Assembly (NCBI GenBank): GCA_013336275.1
Contig: JAAXUA010000001.1
Location: 206,167-270,166 of the forward strand
DNA: 64,000 nt
Source: Candidatus Falkowbacteria bacterium
GTDB lineage: Bacteria > Patescibacteriota > Patescibacteriia > Patescibacteriales > GWE2-39-37
Direction of reading: 5' to 3'
Below the pieces are notes generated by a model. The model worked only from the letters and a program-made list of their open reading frames with translations. It was not told the origin of the DNA and searched no databases. Both the position numbers and the translations under genes were made by a program. Of this stretch, positions 30,044 through 37,697 are shown in pieces (the stretch's first letter is position 1; each line of letters starts with the position of its first letter).

Positions 30044-32032
30044 ATGCCAAAACCAAAAAAGACAGGCAAGAACATCGCGCCAGCCGCCGCGGCTCCAGCC
30101 CCGGAGGCGAACGACGTCGTGCTTAAGAACGAGCAATCGGCAGTCAGCGAATTTGTCGAGCGCAACCTGCCGAACACCACCGAGACCGAAGAGTTCGAGG
30201 AGTTCGTCCAAAACGAAGTCCGCCAAAGCCAGATCGATGCCGGTCTTGAAGAGATCTACCACGACGAGGATGGCAATATGGTTGACGTTAAAACTATGGT
30301 TATGAAAAAAGGCCACGGCCTCATCTACCGCGGGTTCGTCACGCTCCTCACCCTGGCATTGATCGCCGGGGCCGGCTGGAGCGCTTACCGTTTCTACCTG
30401 ACCAAGCAAGTCGAGAACAACAGCTCGGTCAGCCTCTCCATCTCCGGCGATGCCGAAACGCTGCTCGGAGAAGAGAAGACCTATATCATCAGCTACAAGA
30501 ATCTCGACCAGGTCGACTTGAAGAATATCAACATCAAGGCGACATTGCCGGATAATTTCATCGTCACCGAGACTCAACCGCAAGCGGCCACCGGCACCAC
30601 CTGGCACATTGATCTCTTGGGCAGTAAACGCTCCGACCAAATCACCATCAAGGGGCGCATCGTCGGTGAAGTCGGACAGAGCGCCATTTTCCTGGCCACC
30701 ATGTCCTATCAGCCGGCCAATTTCTCCTCGGAGTTCAGCAAAGAAGCCAGCTTCAATTCAAAAATATCCGGGCTCGGCCTCGACCTCAATTTCGATTACC
30801 CATCCAATGTCTTAGTCGGCGAGACGAATGCAATCACCGTCAAATACAAAGCGCAGGACAAGTCGTTCGTGCCCAACTACCGCCTGAGTATCGAGCAGGC
30901 GGAAAACATCGAAATCATCGGGGCGGCCTCGAGCTCGGCTTCGACCACCTCGTGGCAGGTCGCCAGCACCACCAACCAAGAAAAATCCTTGGAAATCAAG
31001 TTCAAGTTCAAACAGAAGACGACAGACAAGCAGGAAATCAATCTGGTTTTCGAGTACACCAGCGATGGCCAGAAATATTTCACTTTCTTGAAAAAGCCGC
31101 TGCCCTTCAACGTCATTACCAAGAATTTGAACCTGAACCTCATCATCAACGGCTCACAGAACGACCAGGGCGTCGATTTCGGCCAGACTTTGAATTACAC
31201 CATCACCTACGCCAACAAGGGCGAGGCCGCCATGAAAGAAGTGGTCATCATGGCCAATCTTGAAAGCGACTTCCTCGATTGGCCGTCGCTCGCCGACAAA
31301 AACCAGGGCCAGGCCGGCAACCAACACATTACTTGGTCCAAGGACCAGATTCCAGCCTTGGCCGATCTGGCACCAGGCAACGAGGGTACGATCGACTTCT
31401 CGATTAAGGTCAAACCAGCCGGCGATATCGATCCAACCAAGAATTACCAGATCAAGAGCTACGCCCGCTTCCAGATCGGCGCTTCGACCTCGACCGACGC
31501 CACATCAACCGAGGAGACGAGCGACCGTAGCAACGCCATCACCAACAAGATCAATTCGGACCTTTCATTGAAGGAGGAAATCCGCTACTTCAATGACGAC
31601 AACATCGCTGTCGGCTCGGGCCCGATGCCGCCGAAAGTCGGCGAGGCCACAAGTTACCGCGTCTACTGGCACTTGTCCAATAACCTGAATGAGTTGAACG
31701 AACTGAAGATCACCACCAAGCTGCCGCCGTACGTCAAATGGGACAGCCGCAACCGCGCTGATGTCGGCGCAGTCAGCTACGACCAGGCGACAGGGAACAT
31801 TACCTGGCAGATCGGCCGCCTGCCTATCTCGGTCTACAAGGCCGAGGCCGAATTCAGCATCTCCATCCTCCCTACCGAAGAGGACAAGAACAAGATGCTG
31901 GTGTTGCTGCCTGGCTCGACGATCGAAGCCATCGACACCACCACCCAGACCCGCATCAACAAGACATCAAAAGCCAAAACCACAAAACTCGAAGACGACT
32001 CGGCCATTACTGACGATGGACGAGTACAATAA
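30044..32032 (+). CDS. Membrane-anchored extracellular beta-rich protein (DUF11/Ig-like repeats)
   Basis: Single TM near aa 95-115; repeated G...TY.I.Y.N and W.I..L.PG patterns. Confidence 0.7.
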   Translation: MPKPKKTGKNIAPAAAAPAPEANDVVLKNEQSAVSEFVERNLPNTTETEEFEEFVQNEVRQSQIDAGLEEIYHDEDGNMVDVKTMVMKKGHGLIYRGFVTLLTLALIAGAGWSAYRFYLTKQVENNSSVSLSISGDAETLLGEEKTYIISYKNLDQVDLKNINIKATLPDNFIVTETQPQAATGTTWHIDLLGSKRSDQITIKGRIVGEVGQSAIFLATMSYQPANFSSEFSKEASFNSKISGLGLDLNFDYPSNVLVGETNAITVKYKAQDKSFVPNYRLSIEQAENIEIIGAASSSASTTSWQVASTTNQEKSLEIKFKFKQKTTDKQEINLVFEYTSDGQKYFTFLKKPLPFNVITKNLNLNLIINGSQNDQGVDFGQTLNYTITYANKGEAAMKEVVIMANLESDFLDWPSLADKNQGQAGNQHITWSKDQIPALADLAPGNEGTIDFSIKVKPAGDIDPTKNYQIKSYARFQIGASTSTDATSTEETSDRSNAITNKINSDLSLKEEIRYFNDDNIAVGSGPMPPKVGEATSYRVYWHLSNNLNELNELKITTKLPPYVKWDSRNRADVGAVSYDQATGNITWQIGRLPISVYKAEAEFSISILPTEEDKNKMLVLLPGSTIEAIDTTTQTRINKTSKAKTTKLEDDSAITDDGRVQ

Positions 32033-32055
32033 AAATTTATAATTAACCTAAACTT

Positions 32056-32388
32056 ATGAAATTTGGAGAACCAAAATTAACTTCTGTGCCAGAGTCTGAA
32101 GAATTAAAAAAAGAAAGGGAAAGGGAAGGAAAAGGTGAATTTAAATTTTGGCGGCTGACACAACAGGAAAAAATGGCAATTATTTATTCCTACTCAGACT
32201 ATGGAAAAAGTGATGAATCTCTGAGCTTTTTAGCTGATGACAGCCTAATTGATGACGCTGTCATTTCTCAAACTGACATCAGTGAATTACAACAATTCGA
32301 CTTAGGCAGAATACTCGAAGGAGAAGCCGAAGAGGAAAGAAAAACAAAAATATTGGCCATTCTACATAGAATAAGACTAGAAAAATAA
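32056..32388 (+). CDS. Hypothetical protein (AT-rich)
   Basis: 110-aa ORF with visibly A/T-ending codons, unlike its neighbours. Confidence 0.6.
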   Translation: MKFGEPKLTSVPESEELKKEREREGKGEFKFWRLTQQEKMAIIYSYSDYGKSDESLSFLADDSLIDDAVISQTDISELQQFDLGRILEGEAEEERKTKILAILHRIRLEK

Positions 32389-32414
32389 AAAAATTGAAAA
32401 AATACCATTATCAT

Positions 32415-32666
32415 ATGGTTAGTAAAAAATTAGCTCTCGCGCAATTCATTGTCCTGCTCTTTGGTACTATCTTTGCTTGGACCAATCTTGGACTGGAAAC
32501 TTACAACTATCTCAACCAGAAACCGTGCCAGTTTTCTTGCACGGCGGGGCAGGTGGTCAATCCGGTCTTTACTCCGTGTTTTTATGGCGCACTCTTCTTC
32601 TTGACGGCTTTTGTTTTGAGCGCCATAATGCTAAATCAAAGCCGAAATGCTTTGACGAAGCAATAA
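32415..32666 (+). CDS. Small two-TM protein with Cys-containing loop
   Basis: TM-PCQFSC...TPCFYGALFFL-TM; ATG at 32415. Confidence 0.65.
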   Translation: MVSKKLALAQFIVLLFGTIFAWTNLGLETYNYLNQKPCQFSCTAGQVVNPVFTPCFYGALFFLTAFVLSAIMLNQSRNALTKQ

Positions 32667-32668
32667 TC

Positions 32669-33799
32669 ATGAAACCATTCTCAGTCAATAAGACCTCCAA
32701 AAAATCCAAAGCACGCCTGGGTAAGTACAAAACTGCCCATGGAGCTTTAAATACGCCATTTTTCATGCCGGTGGCGACACAGGGCGTCTTGAAGCATGTT
32801 ACCACCGAGGAGGTCCGCCAGCTTGGCTCGCAGATCATCCTTTCCAATACTTACCACCTAATGCTCCGACCCGGCTCGGCACACGTCAAGAAGATGGGCG
32901 GCCTGCACGCCTTCGCCGACTGGCAAGGCAGCATCCTCACCGACTCAGGCGGGTTCCAAGTCTTTTCCTTAGCCGGCACCAAGAAGCGCACCGGAGAGGG
33001 GTTGGTAAAAATTACCGACAACGGCGTCGAGTTCCGCTCCTATGTCGACGGTTCGAAGCACTTGTTGACCCCAGAGCGCGCCTTGCGCATCCAGGCCGAG
33101 CTCGGCGTGGATATCGCCGTCTGTCTCGACCAGTGCGTCGCCTTGCCGGCCGACGAAAAGAAATTGAAGCACTCGGTCGAGATCACCACCAAGTGGGCCG
33201 AGCGCACAAAGAAAGAATTAAAGAAAATTAAAAATAAGCCACTAGTCCACGCCGTCATCCAAGGCGGCCTCGATATCGAATTGCGCAAGCAGAGTCTGAC
33301 CGAACTGGCCGCCCTCGACTTCGACGGTTACAACATCGGCGGTCTGGCCGTGGGCGAGACAAGCGAGCAGATGGACGACATGCTGGCCGAGCTGACGCCG
33401 CTTTTGCCAGCCGACAAGCCTCGCTATCTCATGGGTGTCGGCTACCCGGAGCAGATTGTCCACGCGGTCAAGCAGGGCATCGACATGTTTGATTGTGTTA
33501 TCCCGACCCGTGAAGGCCGCCACGGACGACTCTTTCAGTTCGCCAAAGGCAAGAGCCTTGCGAGCAAAAACTTTTACAGCACAATCAACATCACCAATAG
33601 TAAATTCGCGAGCGACAAGCACCCGATAAACCCCGATTCAAAAATCCCAGCGCTGCGCAAGTACACCCTCGGCTATCTGAATTATTTATACAAGATCAAC
33701 GAGCCGCTCGGCCTGCGCCTGGCCACGCTCAACAACGTCGAGTTTTATTTGAAGCTTATGGAAAGAATTCGACAAGATATCAAGCTTGGGGAGATATAA
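32669..33799 (+). CDS. tgt: tRNA-guanine transglycosylase
   Basis: TPFFMPVAT, NTYHL, LTDSGGFQVFSL, LDQC, GGLAVGE, PRYLMGVG, DMFDCVIPTR; start ATG 32669. Confidence 0.96.
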   Translation: MKPFSVNKTSKKSKARLGKYKTAHGALNTPFFMPVATQGVLKHVTTEEVRQLGSQIILSNTYHLMLRPGSAHVKKMGGLHAFADWQGSILTDSGGFQVFSLAGTKKRTGEGLVKITDNGVEFRSYVDGSKHLLTPERALRIQAELGVDIAVCLDQCVALPADEKKLKHSVEITTKWAERTKKELKKIKNKPLVHAVIQGGLDIELRKQSLTELAALDFDGYNIGGLAVGETSEQMDDMLAELTPLLPADKPRYLMGVGYPEQIVHAVKQGIDMFDCVIPTREGRHGRLFQFAKGKSLASKNFYSTINITNSKFASDKHPINPDSKIPALRKYTLGYLNYLYKINEPLGLRLATLNNVEFYLKLMERIRQDIKLGEI

Positions 33800-33824
33800 A
33801 AAGGGCCCAGTTCAATCTGGGCCC
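33798..33824 (-). terminator. Terminator for the antisense ORF
   Basis: gggcccag-ttcaat-ctgggccc with the A-run on the left (U-tract on minus). Confidence 0.7.
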
Positions 33825-33856
33825 CGAGATACTGACAATAGAAGTACCGTTGACAA

Positions 33857-34204
33857 TCACTGTTCCGCCAACTCGCACAACCTGTTTGCTCCTGCAAATG
33901 CAACGCGATAGAAGCAGCGAGACATGCCAGGAACACCAGACCAACATTTCTCGATAAGTCTGGAATCCTCTGCGAGTTGCATGTCAGAACCAGAAACTGA
34001 ACTTCTGGCTATGGCGTCGAATCCGCTTACACGGTTGCCGACTGATACTCTTTTTGCAGTTTGAATGAGCGCGATCACTGCTCGGTCGTTAGCAGCCATA
34101 ATTTGCTCCACCGTTTCTAGGGATATTTTTGCAACAGCACTAAGTGCAATCGCCGAAATTTCCCACTCCTCATACGGAACTCCACCTGATTTTTGGGGAA
34201 TCAT
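33857..34204 (-). CDS. Hypothetical protein (ORFan-like cassette)
   Basis: ATG at 34204 with AGGAGG 5 nt upstream; TTGACT-17-TAACTT at 34248-34276; own terminator. Confidence 0.65.
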   Translation of the reverse strand: MIPQKSGGVPYEEWEISAIALSAVAKISLETVEQIMAANDRAVIALIQTAKRVSVGNRVSGFDAIARSSVSGSDMQLAEDSRLIEKCWSGVPGMSRCFYRVAFAGANRLCELAEQ

Positions 34205-34408
34205 AAGCACCTCCTGGTACGAATGGTTGGGTAATATCTGATTAAGCAAGTTATCATTAATTATTTACATAGTCAATAATCAAAGCCTGTAAGTCCTGTA
34301 TTTATCAACACCCGATATTTTTTCACAAAAAATACACCAGACTTATACCATTAAACACGCTGTTTATCGGGCTTTGCCTGGTTTGCCGAAAGTTGCTATA
34401 ATATCAAC

Positions 34409-35935
34409 ATGTCACAAAAAGAATTTTTAACATTCACGGAGTTCTTGCTAGAGAAAAATAATCTCGGCACGCTGCCTTTGAAAGCACCCGTTGCCAAGCA
34501 AGACGTCCTTCAGGAATTCACTCCAACCAAGCCAGTCACCAAGACATCCGTCCCACTTTCAGTGCCGACGGCTTTGTCGTTGTCCAACCTGAACCAGCCG
34601 ACCGAAAAGGCACCGACCTCCAAGCTTCAGGCCACCATCGGCAAGCCCAACGCCAAGACCGGCAAGGTTAAGGACTATTTCATTCCGCACGAAGGCAACG
34701 GCTACCACCCGCACGCTCTTCACCCGCAACGCTTGGCCTTTCACGCTACCTCGGCCGTAGTCATAAAAATCGTCACTCTTTTGATATTGGTAAGTTTCCC
34801 AGTCGAAGCCTGGCTCGCTCCGGAAGAACTGACTGCCCAGAACCAGCAGATCATCAAGTATACCAACCAGATTCGCCGCGAGTCCAACCTGAACGAACTC
34901 AAGGTCAGCCAGCGCCTGAATCAGGCTTCATATTTAAAAGCACAGGACATGCTGATCAAGCAGTACTTCGCCCACATCAGTCCAGATAAGGTCGGGTTAT
35001 CCAACTGGCTTGCCATGGCCGAATACCCCTACGCCGTTGCCGGCGAGAACTTGGCCATGGGTTTCACCAGTGCGGCCGACGTCATGCTCGGCTGGCGCCA
35101 GAGTCCGACCCACTATGCCAACCTAATCGATCCGGAGTTCAAAGAAATCGGAGTTTCCAGTGTCGCAGGCGCATACCAGGACACGGACACTACCTTTGTC
35201 GCCCAGTTTTTCGCCAAGCCTGATCCGGGCGTCATGGCGGCTGCCAAATCCACCACCCCTGAGGTCAAGGCCAAGAAGCTGATGGGCAAAGTCATCGTCG
35301 CCGCTGCCCGTCCAGAAACTTTCACTTCAGTCACTGCAAATATCGAACCGGTCGAACAGGTCCTCGGCATCAAAGCCACTGAAATCCCCTCAACACCAGT
35401 CGAACCGCAACTCACTCCTGATGGCCAACCGAGGGTCAGCCTATTTATCAATCAGCCTCAGACCGGCAAGCTGCTGATCCAAAGCGAAGCTTTTGTCCCG
35501 AAGGATACGACCAAGGCGCAAATCTCTGTCAAAGGGCGCACCATCGACCTGGAGCTGATTAATCCCAACTCCGGCCTCTGGGGCACCAACCAGCTGATCT
35601 ACACCGAGAAGCCTGACCCGGCCGAGGCGGTCGTACCGGCAGTTATCACTGTCTGGGACAAAGATGGCAACAAGACCAGCACTGACATTAACGCCAGCAA
35701 TCTCAAACCGACCGCAACAACTTACGTCAAGCAATACCAATACGCCAAGAGCCACCAGCCGGGTGTCACTTCATCCATCATTTCCTTTACCTCTTCCTAT
35801 TATCTGGTACTGCTTCTCCTGGCTATGGTCGCCCTGACTTTCAATATCTTCGTCGCTTTCAACAAACAGCACCCCCGCTTGATTGCCAGCACCATCGGCT
35901 TCATGAGCCTGATTGCCTTACTGATCCTGCTCTAA
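34409..35935 (+). CDS. CAP/SCP domain membrane protein
   Basis: TNQIR, KAQDM, YFAH, AGENLA, W..SPTHYAN, EIG; C-terminal TMs. Confidence 0.88.
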   Translation: MSQKEFLTFTEFLLEKNNLGTLPLKAPVAKQDVLQEFTPTKPVTKTSVPLSVPTALSLSNLNQPTEKAPTSKLQATIGKPNAKTGKVKDYFIPHEGNGYHPHALHPQRLAFHATSAVVIKIVTLLILVSFPVEAWLAPEELTAQNQQIIKYTNQIRRESNLNELKVSQRLNQASYLKAQDMLIKQYFAHISPDKVGLSNWLAMAEYPYAVAGENLAMGFTSAADVMLGWRQSPTHYANLIDPEFKEIGVSSVAGAYQDTDTTFVAQFFAKPDPGVMAAAKSTTPEVKAKKLMGKVIVAAARPETFTSVTANIEPVEQVLGIKATEIPSTPVEPQLTPDGQPRVSLFINQPQTGKLLIQSEAFVPKDTTKAQISVKGRTIDLELINPNSGLWGTNQLIYTEKPDPAEAVVPAVITVWDKDGNKTSTDINASNLKPTATTYVKQYQYAKSHQPGVTSSIISFTSSYYLVLLLLAMVALTFNIFVAFNKQHPRLIASTIGFMSLIALLILL

Positions 35936-35953
35936 ATTTCCCAACAAAAAAGC

Positions 35954-35979
35954 AAGCGGCCTTTACGGGCCGCTTTTTT
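35954..35979 (+). terminator. Rho-independent terminator
   Basis: aagcggcc-tttacg-ggccgctt followed by tttt. Confidence 0.8.
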
Positions 35980-35983
35980 ATCC

Positions 35984-36079
35984 AAAAAAAATGGGGTGCA
36001 GCTGGTGACTGCACCCCCAAGGAGGGCTGTTGCTTCGGCACTTGAAGGAGCGACGTATTCAAAGCAACGGCGTTCTACG
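35984..36079 (-). ncRNA. Candidate small RNA (~95 nt)
   Basis: Minus-strand TTGACA-16-CATAAT with extended TG (36085-36112); 5' stem GUUGCUU/AAGCAAC; terminator GGGGUGCAG/CUGCACCCC + U8; no convincing ORF. Confidence 0.55.
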
Positions 36080-36140
36080 CTGCTATTATGACATTATACT
36101 TACATTTGTCAAGAAAATGATAATGTAGTATAAAGCACTT

Positions 36141-37217
36141 ATGCCAAAAAATAGGAAAAAGATAATAATCTCGATGTCGGGCGGAGTGGATTCTTCGGTG
36201 GCCGCCGCCTTATTGAAAGAGCAGGGACATGAACTGATCGGCATCTTCATGCATTTTTGGGCTGAAGAAAGCCAAAATACGGGCCAGACCAACAAGTGCT
36301 GCTCGGTCGAATCGTTCAATGACGCCCGCCGCGTGGCCAATCAGCTGGGCTTTCCTTTATATACCCTGAATCTTGATGACCAATTCAAAAAAGAGATTGT
36401 TGACGATTTCCTCTTGGAATACCAGCGGGGCAATACGCCCAACCCGTGCGTAGCCTGCAACAAATTCATCAAGTTTGATGCCATCCTGAAAAAGGCTGAG
36501 GAGCTAGGTTTTGATGCCGTGGCCACCGGCCACTACGCCCGAATCGTAGAAAACGACGGCCATCTGCATCTGGCCAGACCCAAAGACCTGAACAAGGACC
36601 AAACCTATTTCCTTTACACCTTGAGCGAAGAGAAACTTAAGAAGATAATTTTTCCTTTGGCCGAGCTGACCAAGCCCGAAGTAAGGGAACTGGCCAAAAA
36701 ATTCGGCTTGACCACAGCTTCGAAGCCCGAGAGTCAGGAAATCTGTTTCGTCGGCTCGAACGACCACAACGATTTCCTTAGACGTCACCTCGACCTCAAG
36801 CCAGGACCGATCGTCACTTTGGACGGACAGACACTGGGCGAACACAAAGGTTTACCGCTTTACACGCTTGGCCAGCGCAAAGGCGTAGAAATCGGCGGCA
36901 TCGGCCCATTCTACGTAGCCGGATTTGATTATCCCAAAAATATCCTGTATGTTACCAGCAACGGCGAAGGTCCGGAGCTTTACCGCGATCAACTCCAAGT
37001 GAACGATATTTCTTGGACCGGCAGCGAACCAGCCTTTCCGTTCGAATGCCAGGCCGTTATCCGTTATCGACACAAGCCTTGCGAAGTCACCATCGACCGT
37101 GCAGGCGATTCATCATATACTGTTCATTTCAAAACACCCCAGCGTGCCATCACGCCAGGGCAAAGCGTAGTCTTCTATCAAGACGATACCGTTATCGGCG
37201 GAGGAATCATAATCTAG
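36141..37217 (+). CDS. mnmA: tRNA 2-thiouridylase MnmA
   Basis: MSGGVDS, TPNPCVACN, ATGHYA, KDQTYFL, SQEICF, TPGQS. Confidence 0.97.
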   Translation: MPKNRKKIIISMSGGVDSSVAAALLKEQGHELIGIFMHFWAEESQNTGQTNKCCSVESFNDARRVANQLGFPLYTLNLDDQFKKEIVDDFLLEYQRGNTPNPCVACNKFIKFDAILKKAEELGFDAVATGHYARIVENDGHLHLARPKDLNKDQTYFLYTLSEEKLKKIIFPLAELTKPEVRELAKKFGLTTASKPESQEICFVGSNDHNDFLRRHLDLKPGPIVTLDGQTLGEHKGLPLYTLGQRKGVEIGGIGPFYVAGFDYPKNILYVTSNGEGPELYRDQLQVNDISWTGSEPAFPFECQAVIRYRHKPCEVTIDRAGDSSYTVHFKTPQRAITPGQSVVFYQDDTVIGGGIII

Positions 37218-37238
37218 CGACCAGTCCAGGAGGGAAAG

Positions 37239-37421
37239 ATGCCACTAAGTCCATACTGCTCAGGCAATCAAGTTGCCACACCTAAACCGAGCTGCACCTG
37301 TCATCTTTATTCCAAATCAGATGAGTTGATCCACCATACCTGCCCGGTGTGCGGACCGACTCACAACGGCGGCACTATGCGCCAATCTTCCAACGAAAGG
37401 GGGTGTTCTACTTGTTCATAA
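37239..37421 (+). CDS. Small Cys/His-rich protein
   Basis: 60 aa, 7 Cys (CTC, CPVC, CSTC), SD AGGAGGG at 37228-37234. Confidence 0.5.
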   Translation: MPLSPYCSGNQVATPKPSCTCHLYSKSDELIHHTCPVCGPTHNGGTMRQSSNERGCSTCS

Positions 37422-37472
37422 CCAAATGGATGCTGCGTGGACCCACGCACTGTAAAGAAGGCTGCTGAACCG

Positions 37473-37518
37473 GGGCCGGCAATCTACCGCAAGGATGATT
37501 GACCGGCCCTCTTTTTTT
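37473..37518 (+). terminator. Terminator hairpin with GCAA tetraloop
   Basis: gggccggcaatc..ccgcaagg..gattgaccggccc followed by T7. Confidence 0.75.
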
Positions 37519-37541
37519 ATTTTAATAATAAATTGGCGGCA

Positions 37542-37615
37542 GCCCAGCCTCGGTATTAAATTTTAATGCGCATACGTACTCGTCTAAGCAGGAAAATTTA
37601 ATACCGAGGCTGGGC
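37542..37615. repeat. Hairpin element copy 2 (perfect 23-bp stem, conserved 28-nt loop)
   Basis: gcccagcctcggtattaaatttt-[aatgcgcatacgtactcgtctaagcagg]-aaaatttaataccgaggctgggc. Confidence 0.9.
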
Positions 37616-37640
37616 GTTTTAAATTACCAAAGCATAATCC

Positions 37641-37668
37641 TTGAAAAAAATGCGAAAATCAGTATAAT
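37641..37668 (+). promoter_or_regulatory. Putative sigma70 promoter of alaS
   Basis: TTGAAA-16-TATAAT. Confidence 0.6.
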
Positions 37669-37697
37669 TAATTTATTCTTATTACCAAACCAAAAAT

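Noticed and set aside
29925..37615. CRISPR or integron attC interpretation of the repeated hairpin
   Set aside because: Only two copies 7.6 kb apart, no spacers or cas genes; no RYYYAAC/GTTRRRY ends; the recombinase looks like Xer rather than IntI.
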